From a virus: 64,000 bases of DNA. The DNA lies in IMG/VR virus record IMGVR_UViG_3300005529_000001, positions 80,882-144,881 of that record; one strand, 5' to 3'. Under the pieces are notes generated by a model. That model was not told the origin of the DNA, made no database searches, and saw only the letters and a list, made by a program, of their open reading frames with translations. Of the stretch, positions 50,697 to 60,324 are shown in pieces. Position numbers and translations under genes: made by a program. Every line of letters starts with the position of its first letter. Position 1 is the first letter of the stretch.

Positions 50697-51362
50697 ATGA
50701 GATCATTCGCAGCCGTCGCACTGACGTTCGCCCTTGCTGCGTGCGGTTCGCACGCTGCGCCGCCCGCCCACACACCGCCGGGACCCGCGATCGTTGCTCT
50801 GGTTCGCCCACCGGCTGAATCCGCTCCGAAGTCAACCGAAGCGACCACGAAGGTGCTCGATCACAAGTACTGGTCGATCGTGGTGCCCACCACGGCAGGC
50901 TGGGAGGTCAAGGACGACAGCGAGGAAGGTGTTGACCTGAACCGGATGGATCCGAAAACGGGCAAGCAGACGGCTTCGATCCAGATCGTCGCTCAGGATA
51001 TCGGTCAGATGTCTCCGGAGGTGTTCATCCAGGTGGCTCCGGGCATGGTGAAGGAGAACATCCTTCCAGCCGGTGTTGAGATCACCGGTGTCAAGGGCCA
51101 GCACGGTCACTGGAAGGACCACACGTCAAGCGTGGTCCAGATGCTGACAGACGCTCATGTCTTCGTCGGTGTCCTGACGACCGTCGACGAGGTCAACCAC
51201 ACGGGCTACATGGTCATCGCCATCGGTCCGATGACCCAGGCGGATGCAGACCTGCTCAGCAGCATCTCTCGCACCTTTGAGCTGAAGACGCCTCCTCCGC
51301 CCGCTGATGACTCAGTCATCACGCCGCCCGAGTTCGAGAAGACGCCGTCTCCCAAGAAGTGA
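50697..51362 (+). CDS. putative lipoprotein (MRSFAAVALTFALAAC lipobox; 221 aa)
   Basis: ATG 50697 with GAGG RBS; signal peptide plus LAAC lipobox. Confidence 0.5.
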   Translation: MRSFAAVALTFALAACGSHAAPPAHTPPGPAIVALVRPPAESAPKSTEATTKVLDHKYWSIVVPTTAGWEVKDDSEEGVDLNRMDPKTGKQTASIQIVAQDIGQMSPEVFIQVAPGMVKENILPAGVEITGVKGQHGHWKDHTSSVVQMLTDAHVFVGVLTTVDEVNHTGYMVIAIGPMTQADADLLSSISRTFELKTPPPPADDSVITPPEFEKTPSPKK

Positions 51363-51583
51363 CAACAGCAGAATCCTGGGTCAAGCGCCTAGCCCCCGGT
51401 ACGTTGCTCTATAACAAGAACCACCAGGGGTTCTACCTGGTGGTTCATGCGTCTGCACGTGACTTCCCAGAGAAGTGGCTGGAGCTGTCGATATTGCTCG
51501 TCACGCCACAGTGCACATTGAAGAGACTCCAGGTAGAATCTGGCATCTTCACTGGCAACTGGGTGATCGTCGATGTCAGCTGA
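51359..51583 (+). CDS. hypothetical protein (74 aa)
   Basis: ORF track; ATGA coupling. Confidence 0.4.
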   Translation: MTTAESWVKRLAPGTLLYNKNHQGFYLVVHASARDFPEKWLELSILLVTPQCTLKRLQVESGIFTGNWVIVDVS

Positions 51584-51845
51584 GAAGCTTTGCCCTGGTG
51601 ACATGGTGTGCGCCGTCCACCGGATGCGCGCCTGGCAAGACGATTGGGAACGTGGCAACGAGGGAGTCTGGGTCGAGCCCGGTGACCTGGCGGTGATCCT
51701 TCAAGTCTGGCGTGTTGGACGCAGCCGCACTCGCCTACGGGTCCTGGTCAAGGAACGTATCGCGATGTTCTCGTGTTACACCCGAGACCTTGACAGGAAT
51801 TGGCAAGTCAAGAGCAGGGAGTTGCACCTGTCCGGGAGCGCCTGA
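51573..51845 (+). CDS. family-like small protein (CPGDMVCAV...EPGDLAVIL)
   Basis: ORF track. Confidence 0.45.
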   Translation: MSAEKLCPGDMVCAVHRMRAWQDDWERGNEGVWVEPGDLAVILQVWRVGRSRTRLRVLVKERIAMFSCYTRDLDRNWQVKSRELHLSGSA

Positions 51846-52175
51846 TTATTCTTGCAGCCTCTGGCTGCCGAACAACCGGGCAGGGTTGCTGGCCTCGTCT
51901 GGGTGGATGATCCTGTTGCCTGGCACCCGGTAAAACCCGGGTGACATGACATCGTCATCGAGCCCGGGCGGCGTCCCAGCAATGCTCGCGAAGAAGATAA
52001 CGTAGTACATGTGCGACTCCTCTTGGAGCGCGTTGGGCTCGACCCACTGGTGAGACCGCTGGATGACCAGGCCCAGTTGCAACCCACGGGTGAACAGCTG
52101 GGCCTCGCTCCCGCACCGATCGACGAGACTCGATGCTAGGACGACGACCAGGTCTCCCGGAGCCCAGTCACGCAC
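51846..52175 (-). CDS. family-like protein (WAPGDLVVVL...LGLVIQ)
   Basis: ORF track. Confidence 0.45.
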   Translation of the reverse strand: MRDWAPGDLVVVLASSLVDRCGSEAQLFTRGLQLGLVIQRSHQWVEPNALQEESHMYYVIFFASIAGTPPGLDDDVMSPGFYRVPGNRIIHPDEASNPARLFGSQRLQE

Positions 52176-52383
52176 CTGCCGCCTCCAGGTCCCACGCGCC
52201 GAAGGGCCCCAGGAACCGGGGATGGGTCCCGCCGGTGACGACCCAGAACGACCAGGGCTGGCACTCGCTCAGGCCACGTTCATGGACATCGGGGATCCCG
52301 TTGGCTTGGGTCACGCTGATCACGAGCGCCGGGGTCTCCCGGGCAACGGTCACCATGTCACCGGGCAGGAACGCGGGCATCAT
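52168..52383 (-). CDS. family-like small protein (FLPGDMVTV...PALVISV)
   Basis: ORF track. Confidence 0.45.
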   Translation of the reverse strand: MMPAFLPGDMVTVARETPALVISVTQANGIPDVHERGLSECQPWSFWVVTGGTHPRFLGPFGAWDLEAAGA

Positions 52384-52610
52384 GGATGCAACGCCTGACG
52401 CCCAGATATGTTGGGAACGTTGCTGAGATCAACGACCTGCAACGCGTCAGGCAGGTGCCACTTGAACTCGCTGCTGCGGTCACCTGTCGTCCACAGGACG
52501 AGCCAACTGCCGTTTTCCTCGCCGATGACCAGCCCCATCAGGTTGGCATCTACGTGCCACCTGACCCTTCTGACGACTAGCTCACCCGGCTTCAGGGAAA
52601 GGGCTGCCAC
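52380..52610 (-). CDS. family B-like small protein (LKPGELVV...MGLVIG...LVLWT)
   Basis: ORF track plus motifs. Confidence 0.5.
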   Translation of the reverse strand: MAALSLKPGELVVRRVRWHVDANLMGLVIGEENGSWLVLWTTGDRSSEFKWHLPDALQVVDLSNVPNISGRQALHP

Positions 52611-53055
52611 TATCGTACGTATCTGGCCCCTTCGCTGGGTGAGCCGCCGCTAGTTCCCTAGCGACTGCAACGGCTTGTGATTCCATCACCCTGACATCTT
52701 GTGCGGCTTGGAAGGCCTTCCAGTAGAGCCATGAGGCTCTCAGCCCCTGGGTCACTGCGACCAAACCAAGGGCAAACCAGGGGCTGCGGTGAGCAACGAG
52801 ACAAGCCAGTGTCAGCGCAACCATGCTGATGACTGAGCCTGCCGCTGTCCCCCACGCGATCCGACGCTCCCGGTGAGCGTGGGCCGTGTCACGGTAGAAC
52901 GACAACGCTAGGCCGAAGCCCACCGCTTCATCCTCAGAGACCTGGTTCCAGTCGACCCTTGAGACCTCATCAGTCATCAGGGCATCGATCTGGATGTCGA
53001 CGGCTGGGATCTTGACCTCACTGCTCACTTGCATGCTCCTTGCTGGGCTCATCAA
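52582..53055 (-). CDS. membrane protein (157 aa, 2 TM)
   Basis: ORF track; hydrophobic AAGSVISMVALTLACLVA and WFALGLVAVTQGL. Confidence 0.45.
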   Translation of the reverse strand: MMSPARSMQVSSEVKIPAVDIQIDALMTDEVSRVDWNQVSEDEAVGFGLALSFYRDTAHAHRERRIAWGTAAGSVISMVALTLACLVAHRSPWFALGLVAVTQGLRASWLYWKAFQAAQDVRVMESQAVAVARELAAAHPAKGPDTYDSGSPFPEAG

Positions 53056-54667
53056 AGATGACAGCGTCCAGCGACAGGAACGTCGTTGCCACGCTGGCGG
53101 CGTGCTTCAAAGCTGACCGGGTCACCTTCACGGGATCGATCACGCCCGCCTTGACGAGGTCCTCGTACTCTCCTGTCGCTGCGTTGTAGCCCAGCTCGTC
53201 ACCCGCCGCGAGCTCGTGCTTCTTGTGTTCGAGCTCAGTGAGAATGACGCCGGGAGTTGCACCTGAGTTGCTGACGATCTTGTGCAGCGGGCCGAGGCAG
53301 GCCCGGAAGACCGCGTTGGCTGCCTGGACCTCTTCGGGGTCAACACCCTCAGCCTTGCCAACCTGGCCCTTGACGGCATTGACAGTGTTGAACAGGGCCA
53401 TGCCGCCGCCGGGGACGATCCCCTCTTCCGCGGCCGCTTTGGTCGCATTGAGAGCGTCTTCGATCCTGAACTTCCGCTCTTGCATCTCGATCTCGGTCGC
53501 GCCGCCGACGCGGATCACCGCGACTCCGTTGGCAAGCTTCGCTGCTCTGACACGAAGCTTCGTCAGCTCGTCTTGGGACAACGAGATGTCAGCCATCTGC
53601 GTCCGGATCTCTTCGACCCGAGCCTTGACAGCGTCCTTGGTCTTGCCGGGTCCCACCAACGTTGTCACCTTGGCGTCGGACACCACCTTTGACAGGCTGC
53701 CCAGATATTTGCTCTCGAACTTGTCAAGCGATGCACCCGTTGCGCTGGAGATCAGCGTGGCCCCCGTCAACACGCAGATGTCTGCTAACAGGTCCTGACG
53801 GTGCTGGCCGTAACCGGGAGCCTTGACGCAAACAACCGGGAGCTTGTTCTGGACACGGTTGATGACGAGACCCGTCATCGCGTCTCCCTCGAAATCCTCC
53901 GCAATGAGGAGCAGAGGAGACCGGACTTTCATGACCAGCTCTAGGATTGGCATGATGTCCTTGAAGCTTGAGATCTTCTTGTCGGTGATGAGGACCGTCG
54001 CGTTCTCATAGACCGCACGCATCCTCTCGGGATCGGTAACGAAGTACGGAGACACGTACCCGCGGTCAAGCTGCATGCCCTCGACCACCTCCATCGTTGT
54101 CTGCATGCCCTTGGCATCTTCGACAGTGATGACACCGTCACGTCCGACCTGTGCCATCGCATCAGCGATCTGCCTGCCGATGGTCTTGTCACCGTTAGCG
54201 CTGATGGTCCCGACCTGAGCGATCTCGTCGTCAGTCGTCACGGGCTTGGCGTGAGCTCTCAACCCCTCCAAGATCAGGTCAACGGTAGCATTGATGCCTC
54301 GGCAAACCGCCAATGGCGATGCGCCAGCCTCGACAAGCTTCATCCCTTCCTTGACAAGGGCTTGTGTCAGGACGCTCGCTGTCGTCGTCCCATCACCAGC
54401 CACGTCGTTGGTCTGGCTTGCAGCTTCCCTGACAAGGTCAGCGCCCATCCGAGCGACGGGATCGCTGAGCTTGATCGATTTCGATACCGTCACCCCATCC
54501 TTCGTGACAAGGGGTGCCATGCCCTGGCGCTGGATGAGGACCGTCTTGCCCCTGGGGCCCAGGGTGCAGCCGATTGCGTCAGCGGCCTTGTTGAGGCCCT
54601 CCATCAGCTTTTTACGAGCTTCGCTACTGAAGATGATCTGCGTTGTTGATTCGCCGGGTAGGTTCAT
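53018..54667 (-). CDS. groEL: chaperonin GroEL (Cpn60), divergent; no GroES gene nearby
   Basis: canonical blocks AAD..LGPRGKTV, DGVTV, VAGDGTTTA, GGG..L and equatorial/apical/intermediate order over 549 aa; lacks the C-terminal GGM tail. Confidence 0.85.
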   Translation of the reverse strand: MNLPGESTTQIIFSSEARKKLMEGLNKAADAIGCTLGPRGKTVLIQRQGMAPLVTKDGVTVSKSIKLSDPVARMGADLVREAASQTNDVAGDGTTTASVLTQALVKEGMKLVEAGASPLAVCRGINATVDLILEGLRAHAKPVTTDDEIAQVGTISANGDKTIGRQIADAMAQVGRDGVITVEDAKGMQTTMEVVEGMQLDRGYVSPYFVTDPERMRAVYENATVLITDKKISSFKDIMPILELVMKVRSPLLLIAEDFEGDAMTGLVINRVQNKLPVVCVKAPGYGQHRQDLLADICVLTGATLISSATGASLDKFESKYLGSLSKVVSDAKVTTLVGPGKTKDAVKARVEEIRTQMADISLSQDELTKLRVRAAKLANGVAVIRVGGATEIEMQERKFRIEDALNATKAAAEEGIVPGGGMALFNTVNAVKGQVGKAEGVDPEEVQAANAVFRACLGPLHKIVSNSGATPGVILTELEHKKHELAAGDELGYNAATGEYEDLVKAGVIDPVKVTRSALKHAASVATTFLSLDAVIFDEPSKEHASEQ

Positions 54668-54673
54668 GCCCAG

Positions 54674-54702
54674 ATTCTATACCTGGGCAGATCACCTGTT
54701 CA
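54674..54702 (-). promoter_or_regulatory. sigma70-like promoter for groEL (TGAACA-17bp-TAGAAT), leaderless
   Basis: TGAACA GGTGATCTGCCCAGGTA TAGAAT CTGGGC ATG on minus strand; a TTGACA also lies 6 nt further upstream. Confidence 0.5.
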
Positions 54703-54942
54703 GGTGTCAAACAAGATGCCCAACGTCTGGTTGACTTCTTCCTGCTCCGCAGCAGTGAGGGACTCCGATAGCTTGATGATCTCTTCGTGAATCTTGGCGA
54801 ATTTGACAGCCCTCGGCGTTCCCGGGAAAGCTGGACACAGCTCTGTCAGCTCCTTGGTCAGCTTCACCAGCTTCTGAGCGTTTGGGCTCACGCCTCGTAT
54901 TCCTTGGTGACCTTGACGTAAACGGGTTGGCCCTTGCGCCAC
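54700..54942 (-). CDS. hypothetical protein (80 aa)
   Basis: ORF track. Confidence 0.4.
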   Translation of the reverse strand: MAQGPTRLRQGHQGIRGVSPNAQKLVKLTKELTELCPAFPGTPRAVKFAKIHEEIIKLSESLTAAEQEEVNQTLGILFDT

Positions 54943-55178
54943 GCTACAGCGATGTTTCCCTTCAGGTAATCATCGATCATCGCCATCAAGACCAGCTTCT
55001 GTTGCGGGTCATTGGCTTTGTTAGCGTAGCGGAGCAGCTTGCGTTCCGTGAAGTCGACGACATTACGAAACGAAGACCCGCCGTGTAACTGAAATTCAGT
55101 GCAGCGTTCCTTCCTCTCGGGTAGGTTGGCAGCGTTGCGTGTAGCCATTGCTGGTCTAAGTAGGCCGTCAGCGCTCAT
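54888..55178 (-). CDS. hypothetical protein (96 aa)
   Basis: ORF track; does not resemble GroES. Confidence 0.4.
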   Translation of the reverse strand: MSADGLLRPAMATRNAANLPERKERCTEFQLHGGSSFRNVVDFTERKLLRYANKANDPQQKLVLMAMIDDYLKGNIAVAWRKGQPVYVKVTKEYEA

Positions 55179-55466
55179 GTCATCACTCCGGGTTCAAATG
55201 ACAACACGCCGGCTTTCCCGGCGCGTGTCAAGGAATCATGAGCGTTGGTCAACGTTAGGCTAGGTGATGATGTCTCCGAGCGATCCATGACATTACCATT
55301 GTAACTCTAAGTAGGGGTGACCACCATCACTTTCTTTTTTCTTTGAGTTGCTTCTTGAGCTGTTCTTTGACGCTCTTCTGAGCTTTTTTCATCGCTCGTT
55401 TGAGGCTTCCCGCTTTTTTGATGTCATCCCACTTGAGAAGATCAGCAACGGTAGTATATTGTGTGT

Positions 55467-57023
55467 CTACTCGTCTGCATCCTCGTCGTCCGGGTCTAAA
55501 GGGTCACAATCATCCTCACCCCCACCTTGCATGGCAACGATAGCATCTTTTAGCTGGTCCGGCGTGATCTCATTAACTTCACCAACATCTCCAAGACTAA
55601 CTGGTTCGCTTGACGTCGTCTTAGCTACTGTTGCAGGTCTAGTCGCTATCGCAGCTTTCACGACGGAGATCATCCGTTGTATGCCGTCATCATCTTCATC
55701 GCGGTATTTCTCGAGCTTCTTGACCCGCGTTGCTAGCTCCCTGACGCTATCTGCGGCATCTTCTTTGTTCAGGTACGTACGCCTGACAACATACTCGTTG
55801 ACAAACGCGATGGGCCAGTCCTTGACCAGGTCAAAGCCATCAGCGTAATCCCCAAGCACGTGCTGGACGACTTCTTCATCCATCTTGTCAATCAAAACCA
55901 GCTCATCGATGCGTCCAGGACGGAGCAAAGCATCATCGAGCTTTTTCTTGTTGTTGACAGTGACGATGACCAGCTTCACCTTTTCTTGGAAGTACTCGAG
56001 CGTCTCGAGCAGCTGCGCTTGGTGATGTGTCCGATCAAAATCATCCAAGATGACAGCGTCAGGTTGGAAGATATTGAGGGCCTCGAACAGGGTCGAGTTG
56101 TCGAGCTGGCCCAGGTCTGCGATGCGGATCCGGAACGACCTCAGCCCCATCAGTTCTACGATCGTGCGGGCAAGCGTGGACTTGCCGGTCCCGGGCGGGC
56201 CGTAAAACATCACGCTCCTGGGCACCCCCGCCGCGAGAGGTTTCTTCAGGTACGTTGCGTAATCAACAGCACGCTTGGATTGCTTGGACTCGAACGCGTC
56301 ATCTTCTTCAAAGACGACACGTGCTTCGTTGTCCTTCAAAACGAGCCGGTTGTTCTTCCGCATCACCAAGCTCTTCCCCTCGAACTGTTCCCACAACAGC
56401 TTCTTGATGAAAGTCTTTGCTTCATCTACCCGTTCGGTCTCGACGTAGATGCTGTCAACCAGATGCAGCCGGCCCGTGTATTGCCAACCGATCTTGATGC
56501 CATTGGGCAATGCCAACAACCTAATGAACGTGTTTTCTTCTGACGTCTTGATCTTCTCGTATGGGAACTTCTGGAGCACGTGGAGCAATGTCTGGGTGAA
56601 GTCCTGGCTGTAGGGCTCGGTCCACTCATCACCAGCGAAGTAATCTTCATTGTACGTCTCAACGTCTTCGACCATCAGCTTGCCCATGCTGAACGTGGCC
56701 TTACCTGCCGTCCACCATGATGGCTTGTCAAGGAATGGCGTTGCGGCCTCAAACAGCTGGGTTCCCAACGCAAACGCTCGCTTGACCTTGTGCATGCTGA
56801 GGAAACGCCTGACCTCTTCGACCAGGGGCATCTCTTTCACTACCTTGAGCAGGTCTTCTTCTTCGTTTGGCATCAAACCACCGCTGTTTTTCGTTTCGCT
56901 GGGCGTAGCATACTTTTCGTTTTCAAGCTTGTCTTTCATTCGTTCGATTAACCGATCAGCTTCAATTTCAGCCTCAGCCTGATCGAGCAACTCCTTTCGA
57001 AACTTCTCCCAGTCAGTTCCCAT
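55467..57023 (-). CDS. AAA+ ATPase (classic AAA clade) with N-terminal coiled-coil region (518 aa)
   Basis: Walker A GPPGTGKST, Walker B VILDDFD, second region of homology with Arg finger ALLRPGRID. Confidence 0.75.
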   Translation of the reverse strand: MGTDWEKFRKELLDQAEAEIEADRLIERMKDKLENEKYATPSETKNSGGLMPNEEEDLLKVVKEMPLVEEVRRFLSMHKVKRAFALGTQLFEAATPFLDKPSWWTAGKATFSMGKLMVEDVETYNEDYFAGDEWTEPYSQDFTQTLLHVLQKFPYEKIKTSEENTFIRLLALPNGIKIGWQYTGRLHLVDSIYVETERVDEAKTFIKKLLWEQFEGKSLVMRKNNRLVLKDNEARVVFEEDDAFESKQSKRAVDYATYLKKPLAAGVPRSVMFYGPPGTGKSTLARTIVELMGLRSFRIRIADLGQLDNSTLFEALNIFQPDAVILDDFDRTHHQAQLLETLEYFQEKVKLVIVTVNNKKKLDDALLRPGRIDELVLIDKMDEEVVQHVLGDYADGFDLVKDWPIAFVNEYVVRRTYLNKEDAADSVRELATRVKKLEKYRDEDDDGIQRMISVVKAAIATRPATVAKTTSSEPVSLGDVGEVNEITPDQLKDAIVAMQGGGEDDCDPLDPDDEDADE

Positions 57024-57214
57024 GTTGGCCCTCGGTTAGTCTCCGTTTCGGTGCGTGAGTAGCCACGGTCACCGTGATGATAGCGTCAGGTCCCACGAGC
57101 TCGAAGCCACGACGAATCGCGTCAACGACCCGCTGGATCGTGACCCGAGCATCAGCACCGCCGACCTTTAGGGTCAGGGTGCTGACGGCATCATACTGTT
57201 CGACGTGCGGCGCC

Positions 57215-57988
57215 TCACTCATTGGTTCCAAGCAAACGACCAGCAAGCGTCAGACTGGTTTGCTGACAAGCAGGTCCTTCCTTGTACCAGTACTCCGCAA
57301 CCCCTTGATTGGACACGGTGATGAGGGAGGAGCTGACGGTGCCAAAGCTGTGTTCGTCAGCATGGACGCAAATAGCCTGGAACGGATCGTCTTTTGCTTG
57401 CCTGTGCGAGAAGTGAGAGGCGAGCGTGATGCACAGGCGCGTGCAGACCGTCTGGATGTCACCCACATATGGGTCCATCGTCAGGCTCCATGCCATTCGC
57501 TTTGTCCACTCTGTCTTCTCAGCGTACCGGTCTCCCCAGCAGTCATTGCTGATGACATTGAAGCCCGTTGGCATGGGCTGCATCTCGACGGATTGACCTT
57601 CTAACACTCGCGTCAGGAACATCGCACCCGGCCTGCCAAAGACCAAGTTGAATGGGTTAAACCACTTTGGGTTAAGCTCTGACAGGATCCTCGCGGCTGC
57701 GGTGTGGTTTCCACACTCCAATAGCTGGCGAACCACCTGGCCTCGCGACAGCTTATTGTCGTCATGGTGACCATCATCCTGGTTGGTGATGCCAACGAAC
57801 CACCCGCCATCCCCCACCCCGATCCACGTGCCTCCCCTGACCTCATCAATCGGTGCGATGTAGTTGCGACCCGGGATCGTCAGCAGTTGGGGTGCTAACG
57901 ATCTCCTTCCGTACAGCTCGTCACGGTTGGCCGCGACGATCAGCGGGTAACCAGGAACAACTTCGTCAAGGACGATGAGCGTACACAT
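57215..57988 (-). CDS. NRDE-family (TANGO2-like, DUF833) protein
   Basis: N-terminal MCTLIVL (Cys2 nucleophile context) and the eponymous ANRDE motif, VGxxxxW and downstream blocks in family order. Confidence 0.65.
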   Translation of the reverse strand: MCTLIVLDEVVPGYPLIVAANRDELYGRRSLAPQLLTIPGRNYIAPIDEVRGGTWIGVGDGGWFVGITNQDDGHHDDNKLSRGQVVRQLLECGNHTAAARILSELNPKWFNPFNLVFGRPGAMFLTRVLEGQSVEMQPMPTGFNVISNDCWGDRYAEKTEWTKRMAWSLTMDPYVGDIQTVCTRLCITLASHFSHRQAKDDPFQAICVHADEHSFGTVSSSLITVSNQGVAEYWYKEGPACQQTSLTLAGRLLGTNE

Positions 57989-57991
57989 GGC

Positions 57992-58549
57992 TCAGTCTTC
58001 GTCGTCACTGTTATCATCACTCTCGTGGAGATCGTCGGCGGTGAAGACGGGGGCCTCGGCGGTGGGCTTCAGCACGATTTCACACCAAGTCAGCGTGCCC
58101 TCATTGATGAAGAAGTGAGCAGTCTGAAGCACAATGTCCTCGCCATCATTGTTGTCATCACCGAAGGTGATGCTGCACTCGGCAGTGCCCTGAAGGCATG
58201 GGACGACCTTCTCGATAAAGATCGGAAAGAAGGTGTTCGCCGCGATCGCATCGTAATCGTCATCTGACCAATCGATGGTGTTGAGCTCGAGGCGAGTCGC
58301 GGCTTTCTTCCCGAGCTTGGAACCGCACTCACGGCAAAACTTAGCGTTGCCGTAGCTCTGGGTGCCGCAGTGACACTTGATCTTTTCCTTCGTGTTCTGG
58401 TCAGCCTCGTCTTCCAGGTCCGCGAGGAAGCAGTTCTGGGGGAGCTCGTGAGAGTACTTCTTGAGCAAGCGTTTCACATCGTTCGGGTCGATGGTGAGGT
58501 TAGCTTGTTCGGGGTTTAACCAGGTGACGTTATCGATCCTTGTGGTCAT
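57992..58549 (-). CDS. Zn-ribbon protein (CHCG...KFCRECGSKL), paralog of 26120..26584
   Basis: shares the CxCGxxxxxxxKFCxECGSKLxK ribbon, the preceding PxxCFLxxL block and acidic flanks with the plus-strand gene at 26 kb. Confidence 0.5.
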   Translation of the reverse strand: MTTRIDNVTWLNPEQANLTIDPNDVKRLLKKYSHELPQNCFLADLEDEADQNTKEKIKCHCGTQSYGNAKFCRECGSKLGKKAATRLELNTIDWSDDDYDAIAANTFFPIFIEKVVPCLQGTAECSITFGDDNNDGEDIVLQTAHFFINEGTLTWCEIVLKPTAEAPVFTADDLHESDDNSDDED

Positions 58550-59499
58550 GTCGGTGTCTCCTTGCGGACGTCATAAGCGTTCATCAGTCGTTTGCCAAGG
58601 TCACGCAAGAACGCGGGACCGTACCTCAGGTTTCCTGTCGCTTCGAGGTCACGTTCCAAGAACTCGGGCAGGACCTCATCTTGGTGACGAGCGGACGCGA
58701 TTCCCCAAGCGATTGATGCAACGCTGTCAGTGTCACCTCCCCAATCGATGACCTGGCGCATGATCCCCATCAGGCTGTCCTGCGTTGTCAGGAGGGTGTG
58801 GACCGCCCAAGCAGTGTTCATGCCCACATCATAGGGAGAAGCCTTCACATTGCCAGCGACTGGGCCCACCCAAGGCTCACGGAAACGCTCGAAGACTGGC
58901 AGCTGGGTTACCAACCAGCTCGACAAGCTGGTGAAGTCTCGACGGTCATAGAGGGCATAGTGAGACATCAAGGCGACAGCAACAGCTGATGTCACGCCCT
59001 CGTACGTTGCATGTGTGGTGCCGGCTTGACGCATCGCCATTGTTTTGACCCACTCAGGGTCTGGGATGACCCCGAGGGGCACGCTTCGCATTGCCGCGCC
59101 GTTTTTAGTCGAGTCAGGCTTGAGCGTCAACCGGAGCTCATCACTCGTTTCCACCGACTCAAGGATCGCCTGGAACTTGCGGCTGTACCCGTCACGAGGG
59201 TCACGTTTGAACGCGTAAAACCATGCTTCGACAAAGTCTTCGTGTTTCGCGGTCCGACCTTTGGTGAGCAGGAGCTCCGCCAGAGCGGCTGACATCTGGG
59301 TGTCATCAGTGTACATGCCCGGTCGTAGCTTGGTGTGGGTCGGGTGCTGCAGGTACCGTTCGAATTTACGTGCTTCAACATACAGCTCGGGCTTCTCTTT
59401 CTCCTTGACGTACTCGACGCAAGCAGCGTATGCATCTGCTTGCGCGATCCGGAGCAGCATGTTGTCGTTACGGTACCTCACTTGCCCTCTCGATGCCAT
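58546..59499 (-). CDS. ADP-ribosylglycohydrolase (ARH/DraG family)
   Basis: N-terminal AQADAYAA and YTDDTQMSAALAE (DD/T metal-site block) plus C-terminal DWGGDTDSVASIAWGI (GGDTDT block). Confidence 0.7.
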   Translation of the reverse strand: MASRGQVRYRNDNMLLRIAQADAYAACVEYVKEKEKPELYVEARKFERYLQHPTHTKLRPGMYTDDTQMSAALAELLLTKGRTAKHEDFVEAWFYAFKRDPRDGYSRKFQAILESVETSDELRLTLKPDSTKNGAAMRSVPLGVIPDPEWVKTMAMRQAGTTHATYEGVTSAVAVALMSHYALYDRRDFTSLSSWLVTQLPVFERFREPWVGPVAGNVKASPYDVGMNTAWAVHTLLTTQDSLMGIMRQVIDWGGDTDSVASIAWGIASARHQDEVLPEFLERDLEATGNLRYGPAFLRDLGKRLMNAYDVRKETPT

Positions 59500-59801
59500 T
59501 TCTCAAAGAGCTGGAACTTTTGGCTTGTCCTGAACCAAATCTCTTTTCGCTCTTCGAGAGTCATGTTACATTCTTGGAAGAAAGCAAGCGCCGCTTGTAA
59601 ATCGCCTATCTCTTCGACGAGCTTCTTTCGCAGGTTGCTACCGTCGTAGTGGTTCGGGTCACCGTGGCTGCCGATCAGCTTGCCCAAGACCTGGCCCAGC
59701 TCGTCTTTCTCTTCGACGAGCTTGCCAAGCCCAGTCCAGATCTGGCTACCGATCGAGAAGTCGCCGTTTCCCTTCACGTCGTTCATGGCGCGATCCGACA
59801 A
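59478..59801 (-). CDS. MazG-like nucleoside triphosphate pyrophosphohydrolase (small all-alpha NTP-PPase)
   Basis: EExxELxxxL-type helices IWTGLGKLVEEKDELGQVLGKL and KKLVEEIGDLQAALAFF; alternative start ATG 59786. Confidence 0.45.
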   Translation of the reverse strand: MSDRAMNDVKGNGDFSIGSQIWTGLGKLVEEKDELGQVLGKLIGSHGDPNHYDGSNLRKKLVEEIGDLQAALAFFQECNMTLEERKEIWFRTSQKFQLFEKWHREGK

Positions 59802-59880
59802 GCGATGGCGATCGCAATGATGACAATGCAGACCATCGTCCAGCCCGGGTACGTCCTGATAACGTCAACTAACGCGTTTT

Positions 59881-60324
59881 TCATCCCCACCTCCTGTGGC
59901 CCCTACGATTCTTTTCTACGTTGCCCTCAAGTACATCATTGAGGCACTCAGCGGCAGTGTCCCAGATGTCATAGGTGCGGCTGAGGCGGTTGTACTTCCA
60001 TTCCTGTGTCCGACGATCGTCTTCGTCAGGACAAATGCGTGAGAGCTCCTCGTTGAGCCAGTAACCCAATGCAACAAGGGACTTCATGTCAGGGCTGGGC
60101 GAGTAGGTCTCGGGCCGGCCGACCATCCACGGCGCGAACAAACGATCGACGTCAGCTTCGACTGTTTGGCGGATCTTCGCTGCTGTGTACTGCTTCTCTT
60201 CGAGAAGCTTCTTCCAACAAGCGCATTTCACAGTCGCCAGCATGCTACACTGGCCACACGTGTGTTGGATCCCTTTTTTGTTGTGGATGCACTCGGGATC
60301 AGTGCACCATGTCTGTTCAGGCAT
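59881..60324 (-). CDS. Cys-rich protein (147 aa; CTDPEC...CGQC...CAC)
   Basis: trimmed to ATG 60324; the N-terminal 52 aa of the track ORF are Ser/Arg-rich and overlap 60317..60538. Confidence 0.4.
   Translation of the reverse strand: MPEQTWCTDPECIHNKKGIQHTCGQCSMLATVKCACWKKLLEEKQYTAAKIRQTVEADVDRLFAPWMVGRPETYSPSPDMKSLVALGYWLNEELSRICPDEDDRRTQEWKYNRLSRTYDIWDTAAECLNDVLEGNVEKNRRGHRRWG

Noticed and set aside
54888-55178. GroES co-chaperonin downstream of groEL
   Set aside because: neither small ORF after groEL shows the GroES beta-barrel and mobile-loop pattern
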